From contig JAZSIR010000014.1 of the NCBI GenBank assembly GCA_045533905.1, forward strand, positions 1 to 54,051: a stretch of 54,051 bases of DNA, written 5' to 3'. Positions 28,913-38,387 of this stretch are shown one piece after another; positions within the stretch are counted from its first letter, which is position 1, and each line of letters begins with the position of its first letter. This DNA comes from Clostridia bacterium. Its GTDB lineage: Bacteria; Bacillota; Clostridia; UMGS1883; UMGS1540. The notes beneath the pieces were generated by a model, which saw only the letters and a program-made list of their open reading frames with translations, did not search any database and had not been told where the DNA came from. Both the position numbers and the translations under genes were made by a program.

Positions 28913-29917
28913 TTATTCTCCAAGCTGTTTTTCATATGCAGCTTCGCCCTCGGTGAAGGTGAACGAAACTTCTGTTTTATATTCTTCGCCGGCCTCGAGG
29001 GTTTTGAGCGTGCCGTTTTTGCGCATCACGTCGCGCCCGTCAGGTGTGCAGTTGCCGGGTTCAAGACCAAGTACATACTCGCCCTCGCCCATCATCTTCC
29101 ACTCCGTAAAGAAGCCGAGCGTATCTTTCTTGTAGCGCATCACCATACCGCGGTCAATGTCCGCATTATAAATACCACAGGTAGATGTGCCGCCGCATTC
29201 TTTCGTATCGTGGTAGAAGCACCGTTCCGTATAGCCTCTTTGCGGCTTCTCCATTTTGAGACACGTGGGAATGTCGCCCGCAGCCAGCGCGTCGCGTCCG
29301 CGAATGCCGGTCGACGGAATGTCCACACGTGCCTTTTCCGAAAGGAGCGGGTATCCCATATTGCAGTGGTATAATAAAAGAAGCGGAGACGGGGTGCTTC
29401 CTATATTCGTAATCGTATCCGAAAGCGTGATTTTGTTTTCTTTCTTCGAAACGATGTATTTTCTCACAAGACGAAGCTTATGGGCAAAAAGTGCCGCATC
29501 GTGCACTTCGGCTTCGATGGTGATGGCATCGTCATCCTCCCACGCGGCGTGGCGAATAGAAGGCGCATTGGAAATTGTGCCGTGGAGCGGAAGCTCCTCG
29601 CCATCATCCGTACAAGGACTTCCTACCGCCGTAAGACCGCACGTTGTGAAAAAGCCTGCCGTGAAGGACTTTAAAAAGCCTGCACCCTTCCCGTCATAGT
29701 ACGCGGGATGTACGTAGCCACAAGGTGCAAAGTACCCCATATTTACGCCGCCCGCCGAAAGACGGGAAATGTCGGCGCAGCGGTCCAGCGAAATTTCAAA
29801 ATCAAGCCCGCGCCCGTTTCGAACGGAAAGCATACGCATACCGTCGCTGCGGCCGCCCGTGAGTCTATATTCCTGCACGCCGGAAAGCTGTGCGCTGTGT
29901 CCAATATACGGATTCAT
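28913..29917 (-). CDS. Aldose 1-epimerase-like (DUF4432-type) protein
   Basis: DRCADI, GFFTTCGL, PLHG, LYHCNMGYP, GLEPGN. Confidence 0.85.
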   Translation of the reverse strand: MNPYIGHSAQLSGVQEYRLTGGRSDGMRMLSVRNGRGLDFEISLDRCADISRLSAGGVNMGYFAPCGYVHPAYYDGKGAGFLKSFTAGFFTTCGLTAVGSPCTDDGEELPLHGTISNAPSIRHAAWEDDDAITIEAEVHDAALFAHKLRLVRKYIVSKKENKITLSDTITNIGSTPSPLLLLYHCNMGYPLLSEKARVDIPSTGIRGRDALAAGDIPTCLKMEKPQRGYTERCFYHDTKECGGTSTCGIYNADIDRGMVMRYKKDTLGFFTEWKMMGEGEYVLGLEPGNCTPDGRDVMRKNGTLKTLEAGEEYKTEVSFTFTEGEAAYEKQLGE

Positions 29918-29980
29918 AGAAACCGCTCCTTCTTTTTACACTTTTTCCTTATTATACTATAAAGAAAGGAGAAAGTCAAC

Positions 29981-30007
29981 AAAAAGCACCGCGCGGCGGT
30001 GCTTTTT
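29981..30007. terminator. Terminator hairpin at the islet edge
   Basis: AAAAAGCACCG...CGGTGCTTTTT. Confidence 0.75.
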
Positions 30008-30013
30008 GCAATC

Positions 30014-30493
30014 CTATAGGTCACTTATATTTACAATCTCAACATTCCTTTTTTTCGAAAATTCTACTGTTTGGGCGGCGCCGCCGAAGGGATGCTTTAC
30101 ATAACAAAGAAGAACATCACATTCCTGCGCCATATATTCGTTGCACTTTAGAATGCGGTATCTTAGGGGCGTGTTCTCGGGGATATCTGCAAGAAGCAGT
30201 CCGTCAAATGCCTTATAATACTCTTCCCTCGCTTCGTCTATCGCCCGCGTCAGATAGGGAAATACTAAATATAATTTTATATCCCGATAGGTAGTTTTCA
30301 GTTCTCTATCCCGATAGGTAGTTTTCAGTTCTCGCACGGCTTTGGCCGCCGCGCGGTCAAATGCGCCGTAATTTCCCACCCAGAATTCCTCTACACCATT
30401 ATAGAGTATCTGCCGCTCTATTGCCGCTTTTAGTTTTTCGTGCACATCCTCATATAGTTTACTATGCCCTGCAAAAAAGCATCTCTTATACAT
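30014..30493 (-). CDS. SLOG/DUF1273-like nucleotide-binding protein
   Basis: CFFAGH, G.YGAFD, NEYMA...D.LL.YV, GGAAQT. Confidence 0.7.
   Translation of the reverse strand: MYKRCFFAGHSKLYEDVHEKLKAAIERQILYNGVEEFWVGNYGAFDRAAAKAVRELKTTYRDRELKTTYRDIKLYLVFPYLTRAIDEAREEYYKAFDGLLLADIPENTPLRYRILKCNEYMAQECDVLLCYVKHPFGGAAQTVEFSKKRNVEIVNISDL
30280..30333. repeat. Perfect 27-bp tandem duplication, in frame (RELKTTYRD x2)
   Basis: TATCCCGATAGGTAGTTTTCAGTTCTC at 30280-30306 and 30307-30333. Confidence 0.97.
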
Positions 30494-30650
30494 ACGATAC
30501 CTCTATTTAGATTGCAAAAGCAACCATTTTGATTGTATTATACAATATTTTTCCCACAAATGCAAACATATTGTTTGTATTTGAGAATATTTTGATTGTC
30601 GATAGCATCCAAAATACTGGATATACTATCTAGTATAGAGGTGATTACAA

Positions 30651-30878
30651 ATGAAAAATAAAAATTTCGACATATGGCTTGGCATAGGACTAAACATTCT
30701 TCATTATAGAAAAGAACAGGGTATGACACAGATGCAACTCGCAGAAAAATGTGACATAAGCAGAACCTATATGCAGAAAATTGAAACTGCCGCGTGTTCT
30801 TGCACCTTGGATACACTCATCGATATTGCCGCTGCACTCGAGATCCCACTCAAAAAACTATTTGAATTTAAAGATTGA
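30651..30878 (+). CDS. XRE-family HTH regulator
   Basis: RKEQGMTQMQLAEKCDISRTYMQKIE. Confidence 0.9.
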   Translation: MKNKNFDIWLGIGLNILHYRKEQGMTQMQLAEKCDISRTYMQKIETAACSCTLDTLIDIAAALEIPLKKLFEFKD

Positions 30879-30928
30879 CAAGCAAAAAAGCCGCATCATT
30901 TCGATGCGGCTTTTATCTTTCTGTTTTC

Positions 30929-30980
30929 TATTTCCCAAAAATGAAAATTTATTGACTTTGGGAAATAAATATGCTATACT
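30929..30980 (+). promoter_or_regulatory. sigmaA promoter with operator-like 11-bp inverted repeat
   Basis: TTGACT-17-TATACT; TATTTCCCAAA (30929-39) / TTTGGGAAATA (30957-67). Confidence 0.7.
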
Positions 30981-31001
30981 ATGTACGAGGTGAGAATACT
31001 T

Positions 31002-32195
31002 ATGAAGCTGATAGAACGTGAAACTTATTTAAATAAACTGATAAACGTTATCGGCACTCCCGACATTAAAGTTATAACAGGTGTACGACGAAGTGGTAAA
31101 TCAAAGCTACTGGAAGCGTTCAAGGATTATGTGTCTGAACATATTGCGAATAGCAATGTTGTTCATATTAACTTTAACCTTGCCGAGTTTGACGAGCTTA
31201 AAAACTATAAAGCTTTAAATCAATATATAGAAGATGCGTATAGCAAAGGAAAAGATAATTTCATTCTTATTGATGAAGTGCAAATGTGCGACGGTTTTGA
31301 GCTTACCATCAACAACCTACATGCAACCGAGAAGTACGATATTTATATCACCGGATCCAACGCATTCCTTTTAAGCTCCGACCTCGCAACTTTGTTTACG
31401 GGAAGAACTTTCGAAATAAAGGTATATCCTTTCTCTTTCTCTGAATATGTACAATATTTTGGATGTACCGATAATCACGCCACTTTTGACAATTATATAA
31501 AAGAAGGTGGCATGGCAGGTTCTTACCTTTACAAAGACCAAGAAGCACGGTACGACTATATAAAAAACATTTACGATACATTAATCGTAAGGGATATACG
31601 GACTAAATATAAAATCAGAAATCCTATCCTTATGGACAGGATTTCGAGCTTCCTTATGGATAATATCGCAAACCTGACTTCCGCAAGAAGTATTACCGAT
31701 ACACTGACCGGCCATAAAGATAAAATCAATCATAAGACAGTCGGCAAATACATTGAATATTTGTGTAATGCCTTTGCTTTCTACAAAGTACGCAGATATG
31801 ATATTAAAGGCAAGAAGTATTTATCTACGAATGATAAATATTATCTCTCCGACCACACATTCAGATACGCAACACTCGGCACCAAAAATATGGACTACGG
31901 CAGAGTTATTGAAAACATTGTTGCTCTCGAACTACTGAGAAGAGGGTATGAAGTCTATGTAGGTGTTCTTTATAAGAAGGAAATCGACTTTGTTGCTATT
32001 AAGCGTAATGAAAAGATTTATATTCAGGTATCGGATAACATAAGCGACGATAAAACCTTTTCAAGAGAAGTAAGTCCTCTCTTAAAAATACAAGATGCAT
32101 ACCCTAAAATGGTTATTGCCCGCACACGACACGAGGCGTATCAATATGAAGGCATTAAAATAATCGACGTTGCTGATTGGCTATTAGATACCTAA
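31002..32195 (+). CDS. AAA+ ATPase with DUF4143-type C-terminal domain
   Basis: GVRRSGKS, IDEVQ, TGSN, KYYLSD, EN.V..EL, EIDFVA, YIQVS. Confidence 0.9.
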   Translation: MKLIERETYLNKLINVIGTPDIKVITGVRRSGKSKLLEAFKDYVSEHIANSNVVHINFNLAEFDELKNYKALNQYIEDAYSKGKDNFILIDEVQMCDGFELTINNLHATEKYDIYITGSNAFLLSSDLATLFTGRTFEIKVYPFSFSEYVQYFGCTDNHATFDNYIKEGGMAGSYLYKDQEARYDYIKNIYDTLIVRDIRTKYKIRNPILMDRISSFLMDNIANLTSARSITDTLTGHKDKINHKTVGKYIEYLCNAFAFYKVRRYDIKGKKYLSTNDKYYLSDHTFRYATLGTKNMDYGRVIENIVALELLRRGYEVYVGVLYKKEIDFVAIKRNEKIYIQVSDNISDDKTFSREVSPLLKIQDAYPKMVIARTRHEAYQYEGIKIIDVADWLLDT

Positions 32196-32251
32196 TTTCT
32201 TTTTCCGAAATTCTTGGATTTCTCTCTACGATATGCAAAGCAATATGTTAG

Positions 32252-32287
32252 AAAAGGGCAATGGATAAAATTCCATTGCCCTTTTTA
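32252..32287. terminator. Bidirectional terminator between the ATPase gene and lysS
   Basis: AAAAGGGCAATGGA...TCCATTGCCCTTTTT. Confidence 0.8.
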
Positions 32288-32340
32288 AACAGCAAGCGGT
32301 TTTTAACTTTAAAACCTTGAAAACGTCAATTGTGTGCGGT

Positions 32341-33837
32341 TTATTTATCCAGCGTCTTCATCGTTGGGAAGAGGAGAACGTCGCGAATGGCTGCGGAGTC
32401 GGTGAGTAACATGCACATTCTGTCGATACCGAAGCCGATGCCGCCTGTCGGGGGCATGCCGATTTCGAGGGCGTTCATAAAGTCTTCATCCGTGGTGTTG
32501 GCTTCTTCATCGCCCTGGGCGAGGAGTGCTTCCTGTGCGCGGAAGCGTTCGCGCTGGTCGATGGGGTCGTTAAGCTCCGAGTAAGCGTTTGCCATTTCCC
32601 AGCCGTTCATAAAGAACTCGAAGCGTTCTACATAGTCGGGATTGCCCGGCTTCTTCTTTGTAAGCGGCGAGATTTCGACCGGATGGTCCATAACAAATGT
32701 CGGCTGAATAAGATGCTTTTCTGCAAACTCTTCGAAGAAGAGGTTTAAGATATCGCCCTTCGCGTGGCGGTCTTCATACTCTACGTGGTGAGCGTCTGCC
32801 GCGGCGCGTGCTTCTTCGAGCGTGTGGATTTCGTTAAAGTCCACACCCGAGTATTTCTTAACGGCGTCAATCATCGTAATTCTCTCGAAAGGCTTGCCAA
32901 GATCCATTTCGATGCCGTTATACGTAATCTTCGTAGTGCCGAGAACTTCCTCGGCTACGTGGCGGTACATATTTTCCGTCAAATCCATCATACCGTGATA
33001 ATCGGTGTATGCCTGATAGAGTTCCATAAGCGTAAACTCGGGGTTATGGCGTGTGTCAACACCTTCGTTACGGAACACGCGGCCGATTTCATATACCCTG
33101 TCAAGCCCGCCAACGATAAGGCGCTTTAAGTAAAGCTCGAGTGAAATGCGAAGCTTAAAGTCTTCCCCAAGGGCGTTCGAATGGGTAATGAAGGGACGAG
33201 CAGCGGCACCGCCGGCGTTCGAAACGAGCATCGGCGTTTCCACTTCCAAAAATCCCTGCCCGTCAAGATAACGGCGGATGCTGGAAATGATTTTAGAACG
33301 CTTTACGAACGTGTCGCGTACGTCTTCATTCATAATAAGGTCAACATAGCGCTGACGGTAGCGCGTGTCGGTATCGGTAAGGCCGTGGAACTTTTCCGGA
33401 AGCGGACGAAGCGACTTCGAAAGAAGCGTAAGCTTCGTAACTTTTACGGAAATTTCTTCCGTCTTCGTCTTGAACACTTCGCCCTCGGCACCGACAATGT
33501 CGCCGATATCAAACTTTTTGAAAGCGGCGTACGGCTCTTCGCCGACATCATCGCGCTTTACATAGAGCTGGATGCGGCCCGTCTTATCCATCAAATTGCA
33601 GAAGGAAGCCTTGCCCATTACGCGTTTGGACATAAGGCGGCCTGCAACGATAACTTTCTTGCCTTCGATATATTCTGCTTTTATGCCTGCGGCCGTGCTG
33701 TCAGCATCAAAGCGAACAATCTCAAACGGGTCCTGCCCGTTTTCCTGGAGTTCGCGGAGCTTTTCGCGGCGGACACGCAGAATTTCATTTAAATCTTCTG
33801 TTTCCTGCACAGAAGGAGCATTTGTAACTTCACTCAT
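32341..33837 (-). CDS. lysS: Lysyl-tRNA synthetase (class II)
   Basis: [36 protein letters not shown]. Confidence 0.99.
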   Translation of the reverse strand: MSEVTNAPSVQETEDLNEILRVRREKLRELQENGQDPFEIVRFDADSTAAGIKAEYIEGKKVIVAGRLMSKRVMGKASFCNLMDKTGRIQLYVKRDDVGEEPYAAFKKFDIGDIVGAEGEVFKTKTEEISVKVTKLTLLSKSLRPLPEKFHGLTDTDTRYRQRYVDLIMNEDVRDTFVKRSKIISSIRRYLDGQGFLEVETPMLVSNAGGAAARPFITHSNALGEDFKLRISLELYLKRLIVGGLDRVYEIGRVFRNEGVDTRHNPEFTLMELYQAYTDYHGMMDLTENMYRHVAEEVLGTTKITYNGIEMDLGKPFERITMIDAVKKYSGVDFNEIHTLEEARAAADAHHVEYEDRHAKGDILNLFFEEFAEKHLIQPTFVMDHPVEISPLTKKKPGNPDYVERFEFFMNGWEMANAYSELNDPIDQRERFRAQEALLAQGDEEANTTDEDFMNALEIGMPPTGGIGFGIDRMCMLLTDSAAIRDVLLFPTMKTLDK

Positions 33838-33985
33838 GGATGACCCTCCAATTTTTTCTTTCATACTATATTACCACATTCTGCCGCGTTTGTCAAAACA
33901 TTTTCCCTAAAACCCCATTTATCCTTGACAAATTCCGCCTCCGGATGTACAATGAAATGACATAACCCAGAAAAGAGGTCTTTTT

Positions 33986-34918
33986 ATGACAGGCGTTTTT
34001 ACAAATACCATCACGCAGCTTATTTTGCTGTTTGCTTTTATTGTAACCGGTTTTCTTCTCGGAAAAAAGCGTATTGTGCCCTTTGAGGCGGCCGGTATTC
34101 TTTCCAGGCTGGAAACGTGGCTCTTTATGCCGGCGTTTACGCTTCGCTCCTGCGCAGAAAACTGCAAGATTGAAAACGTGAAGGAATACATCACCTACAT
34201 CAGTATTTCTTCGGCGACGATTATTTTGCTCGTAATCCTCACGCGTTTTCTTGCAAAGCGGTTTGCACAGAATAAAGACGAAATCGGCATTTACAACTAC
34301 GCTTTTGCCGTATCGAACATGGGCTATATGGGCTACCCTATGATGCAGGCTATGTTCGGCGAAACGATGCTTTTCAAAATGATGATTACGGTCATCCCCG
34401 TAAACATTTACATTTATACTGTGGGTATGGCTTCGATGACGGGCAAAAAAGCCTCGCTCCGCTCTCTTATAAACCCCGTGTTTATCGGTACATGTCTGGG
34501 TATTCTGATCGGGCTTACGGGATTTGAGCTTCCCGCCATCGCCAATAACTTTTTATCGAGTGCGGCAAACTGTATGTCCCCCATCGCGATGCTCATAAGC
34601 GGTCTTGTCATCGCAAGGCTCCCGCTCGGAAAGCTCTTTGCCTCTGCCCGCATTTATGTGGCCGCCATTTTGCGCCTTATCATTCTGCCCGCCAGTATTC
34701 TCGCGGTATTTTATTTCCTCGGCGCGCCCACGGAGCTTCTCGCGATTATGCTTGTCACATACGCGATGCCTATCGGTATGAATACCATCGTATTCCCCGA
34801 GGCGCACGGCATTGACGCACGCGCCGGCGCACAGCTTGTGCTGATTTCGAATTTAATGAGTATCGTGACGATCCCCTTAATGGTACTCTTATTCCTGCGC
34901 ATTTTCCCTGCGATATAA
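33986..34918 (+). CDS. AEC (auxin efflux carrier) family transporter
   Basis: About 10 TM helices; SNMGYMGYP, INP, RLIILP, AMP. Confidence 0.88.
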   Translation: MTGVFTNTITQLILLFAFIVTGFLLGKKRIVPFEAAGILSRLETWLFMPAFTLRSCAENCKIENVKEYITYISISSATIILLVILTRFLAKRFAQNKDEIGIYNYAFAVSNMGYMGYPMMQAMFGETMLFKMMITVIPVNIYIYTVGMASMTGKKASLRSLINPVFIGTCLGILIGLTGFELPAIANNFLSSAANCMSPIAMLISGLVIARLPLGKLFASARIYVAAILRLIILPASILAVFYFLGAPTELLAIMLVTYAMPIGMNTIVFPEAHGIDARAGAQLVLISNLMSIVTIPLMVLLFLRIFPAI

Positions 34919-34927
34919 AGGGGCGGT

Positions 34928-35464
34928 ATGATGCAAGCAGAAACTCTTTCTCTTTCCTCAAAAACCGAAACACGCACTTTTTCCATTCGACGGCTTTCGC
35001 GCGCGGATATCCCCGCGGCGCTTTCCCTGCAGGAAGAAGTGCTCTCCCTTATCCCCTCGCGTGCACTTTTTGAGCCGCTTACCGAAGCGGAGCTTTTGGA
35101 ATCGGCAGAGATTGACAGCGTCTTCGGGTTTTTTGACGGCGACACGCTTGCCGCTTTTTCCATGATTATCCATAACCGCGAAACAGACAGGAGCCTTGCG
35201 CCCGATGCGGAAAAGGCATGCGGAGAAACTTTCACCTTTGACGGCGTTTTGGTGCATCCTGCATATCGCGGCTTCGGCATGCAACGGCTTTTCCTTTCTC
35301 TTACCGAAAAGGAAGCGAAAAAGTGTGGTGCGAGCTGCATTCTCGCCACCACGGCGCCCCCGAATCTGCATAGCCGCAAAAACTTTGAAAGTATGGGCTT
35401 TTCTATCGTAAAAGAATATATAAAGTACGGGTACCCGCGTTTGTTATTAAAAAAGGAACTGTAA
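34928..35464 (+). CDS. GNAT family acetyltransferase
   Basis: VHPAYRGFGMQ, N..S..NF...GF. Confidence 0.88.
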   Translation: MMQAETLSLSSKTETRTFSIRRLSRADIPAALSLQEEVLSLIPSRALFEPLTEAELLESAEIDSVFGFFDGDTLAAFSMIIHNRETDRSLAPDAEKACGETFTFDGVLVHPAYRGFGMQRLFLSLTEKEAKKCGASCILATTAPPNLHSRKNFESMGFSIVKEYIKYGYPRLLLKKEL

Positions 35465-35481
35465 AAATACAGTTCCTTTTT
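35452..35481. terminator. Bidirectional terminator ending the polysaccharide operon
   Basis: AAAAGGAACTGTA...TACAGTTCCTTTT. Confidence 0.75.
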
Positions 35482-35484
35482 GTT

Positions 35485-36273
35485 TTACATTTCCCACTCT
35501 ATGTCGCCAAGATCTAACTCGTGCCCTTTCTGCAAGTGTTCAGGGAGCGGCGCCATATAGTCGCCGTAATTGAGGCGCAGATAGGCATCATAATTAGAAG
35601 GGACAGGGTACATATCGCCTTCGAAGGGAAGCGCCTTCTTCTCGCCGTAGAGAAGGGACCGCTCCACTATCTTAAAGCCCTTGCAGGATACAAGTACGTA
35701 TTTCGTGTTGTCCCCGTGCCGTCCGGCGCAGAAAATGACGAACTTATAAAAAAGATGGCGCAGGCAAATGGGCACCTTTTCGAGCAGGCGCACGAAAGCT
35801 GAATGGTTTTCCTCATATTTCGTAAAGCTTGCCAGAAGTATTTTGTTGGCAGCTTTCAGCGCCGCGTGTTCCATCTTCCGGATAAAGCCTATGTTACTTA
35901 CGGGGTATACAGGGAAAAGGTCAATACAGATACCCCAGTTTATAGGCACCTCGCGATAGCGCTTCGGGCGCGAAAGCGTCTCCCGGTTGCGGACTTTCGA
36001 CCACACAATCGGGAAATGTTTTTCCACGAAGCAATTCGTAAAGAAATATTTCGGATCCGCTTCCTGCGGAAAGATTTTCTGTAATCTCAAAAGGTCTTTA
36101 TACGGAAGCAGAAGGTCCACATCGTCATCCCACGGAATAAACCCTTTGTATTTTGCGGCACCGAGGAGTGTGCCCTGCCCTATTAAATAGGGAATATTAT
36201 GTTTTTCACAAATACGCGCCGTTTCCTTCAGAATATCGAGTTCCACGGCCTGCAGTTTTTTTATCTCGCTCAT
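35485..36273 (-). CDS. LicD-family phosphotransferase
   Basis: GTLLGA, GFIPWDDDVD, IDLFP, YL...YGDYM. Confidence 0.92.
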   Translation of the reverse strand: MSEIKKLQAVELDILKETARICEKHNIPYLIGQGTLLGAAKYKGFIPWDDDVDLLLPYKDLLRLQKIFPQEADPKYFFTNCFVEKHFPIVWSKVRNRETLSRPKRYREVPINWGICIDLFPVYPVSNIGFIRKMEHAALKAANKILLASFTKYEENHSAFVRLLEKVPICLRHLFYKFVIFCAGRHGDNTKYVLVSCKGFKIVERSLLYGEKKALPFEGDMYPVPSNYDAYLRLNYGDYMAPLPEHLQKGHELDLGDIEWEM

Positions 36274-37784
36274 ACTTCTCTCCTTTTCAGAAATCTATAA
36301 AGAAGCGCCTTATAGGGTGCACTCTTCCGGTAAACGCCGAGGAGAAGCACCGCAAAAATGGCCACAGCCGCGCATCCTGCGAAAAGAAGCCCGCCGATGC
36401 CGCCGACGGGAATGAGCCTGCCTGCGCCGTATGCGGCGAAGCAGCCGACGGCCGCCGTCAGCGTATAGCCCAGAAACTGCAGCGCGTGCGCTTTCCCCGA
36501 AGCCTCCAGCGTATATTTATGTACGGCGTGCGCCTCCCACCAGATACAGACCGAAACCATCGAAACGGTCGTGCCGAAGAGGACGCCGTAAATGCCCATA
36601 TCGAGTACGAGCAGGAAGAGAAGCGATACCACAAGGTTTACGAGCACCTCGCCCACAGCTTTGAGGCGAAGGTGATTGAAGAGACCGTCCGCCTCAATAA
36701 TCACCACGTGCGGCTGGCGCATTCCGTTTAGGAAAAAGTTTAAGACTACCACAAAGGTAATGAGCGGCGAAAGTAGCCAGTCCTCCCCTGCCCAAAGGAC
36801 GATGAAGCGCTCCAGACACGCCGAAAAACCGGCGGCAATGAAGAAGTACACCGCGAAGGTGGCAAACACAAATTCTTCATACACCTTGTATTTGAGTTCC
36901 TTGTCCTTTTGCACCATAAGGTTTCCGACGCTCCCCGTGATAGCCGTGAGCGCCGTATAAACAAGACGCGAGGCGATGGAGACAATCATCGAATAGTTAC
37001 TGTAAATCCCCATAAGCGCAAGCTTTGCGTAAGAGATCATCAGGTTATCGGTGCTTGTTACGAGCTTGGCACCGACCTTCTGATACATAAGGGAAACCAC
37101 GCTCTGTTTAAGATTATCTTTATCCTCGGTACAAAGCTTTTCTTTGCGGTACTGTTTGAGGAAGGGATAGCGTGTATCGCATATGCGGGAAATGACGATG
37201 TTGGCAAGGAGCGTGCAAACCACATTGATGACAAGATAGCCGATATAGCTTTTATATACGACGAGCACCACGCCCTGCAGAATGTATTTGACAACGGTGA
37301 AGATTTCTTCCGTAAGGCTATTGATATGGCTTTGCTGGTACGCCGAAAGGAGCGTTCTTTTATAGGCGAAGAAGTAGCTGAGAACCGTATTTAAAAGAAA
37401 CAGAAGATAGATGCCGTTCATATGCGCCACAACCGTGGCCTCGCGCGTGAAAAAGCGCATAAAAGGCATCAGGAGCGGGCCGAGAAGAAGTGTGCCGAAG
37501 CCGAGCGCGTGGTACACCTTTCTGTAAAAGGCCATAAGGCTGCCGACACGTTTTTCGTCGCCCGCGTCAATCGGCGCATACAGGGCAAAGGCGACGGAAG
37601 TGCCGATGCCGAGTTCTGTCATGGAAAGGAGCATTAAAACGCTTTCCATAACGGAATTTACGCCCAGATATTCTTTGCCGAGGCTATGCACGAAAAACCA
37701 GCGGAGCACCATACCGAGAAGGATGGTGACCATCTGGCCCAAAAAGGCAACGGCGCTATTTCGAAGTGAATTCAGAAACCGCAT
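36270..37784 (-). CDS. Wzx-type (MOP) polysaccharide flippase
   Basis: Many TM helices; ELGIG...ALYAP, TDNLMIS, GIYSNY. Confidence 0.88.
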   Translation of the reverse strand: MRFLNSLRNSAVAFLGQMVTILLGMVLRWFFVHSLGKEYLGVNSVMESVLMLLSMTELGIGTSVAFALYAPIDAGDEKRVGSLMAFYRKVYHALGFGTLLLGPLLMPFMRFFTREATVVAHMNGIYLLFLLNTVLSYFFAYKRTLLSAYQQSHINSLTEEIFTVVKYILQGVVLVVYKSYIGYLVINVVCTLLANIVISRICDTRYPFLKQYRKEKLCTEDKDNLKQSVVSLMYQKVGAKLVTSTDNLMISYAKLALMGIYSNYSMIVSIASRLVYTALTAITGSVGNLMVQKDKELKYKVYEEFVFATFAVYFFIAAGFSACLERFIVLWAGEDWLLSPLITFVVVLNFFLNGMRQPHVVIIEADGLFNHLRLKAVGEVLVNLVVSLLFLLVLDMGIYGVLFGTTVSMVSVCIWWEAHAVHKYTLEASGKAHALQFLGYTLTAAVGCFAAYGAGRLIPVGGIGGLLFAGCAAVAIFAVLLLGVYRKSAPYKALLYRFLKRREV

Positions 37785-37799
37785 TTTCTTCCTCTTTTC

Positions 37800-38387
37800 T
37801 TATTCCGCCGAGAGCGTGTGTGTAATCCGCTGCATATAGGAAATGAGCTTTTCATCAAACGCGCCACAAGCGCCTTCCCGAATGAGCTGCATCGATTTTT
37901 CGGCGGTGAAGCCTTCGCGGTAGACGCGGTCGGAATACAAGGCATCAAACACATCACAGATAGCTGCAATCTGCACATAGAAGGGGATTTCGACCTTGCC
38001 CATATACCCGCTGCCGTCAATCCGCTCGTGGTGCAGAAGGCAAATGTTTGTTACAATTTCATATTCCTCACGGCCAAGTTCGTCCTTAACGGCTTCCTTT
38101 CCCAAAACGGCGTGCTCGCGGATGAGCGCCTTTTCCTCGGGCGTGAGATACGTTTCCTTCGTGAGAATAAAGTTTTTCACAAAGAGCTTGCCGATATCGT
38201 GCAAAAGCGCACCCTTGCAGATGGCGTCCACCTCCGCGGGGGTGTAGCTTGTAACACCGTCGTGATTTGTTCTTTCAATCATATGTGCCGTCAGATTCTT
38301 AACGCGCAGAGAATGGAAGAAGGTTTCGGCATTTGCCACCTTCATTTCCTTAAACATACTATCGAGTTTTGGTGACATAGTAATCAT
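37800..38387 (-). CDS. Stand-alone HD-GYP domain protein
   Basis: HSLRV, LLHDIGK, HHERIDGSGYM, ICDVFDAL, RVYR; ATG overlaps the upstream TGA. Confidence 0.88.
   Translation of the reverse strand: MITMSPKLDSMFKEMKVANAETFFHSLRVKNLTAHMIERTNHDGVTSYTPAEVDAICKGALLHDIGKLFVKNFILTKETYLTPEEKALIREHAVLGKEAVKDELGREEYEIVTNICLLHHERIDGSGYMGKVEIPFYVQIAAICDVFDALYSDRVYREGFTAEKSMQLIREGACGAFDEKLISYMQRITHTLSAE

Noticed and set aside
30538-30816. 92-aa minus-strand ORF in the islet
   Set aside because: Antisense to the XRE gene and its promoter region; no RBS or recognisable motif.
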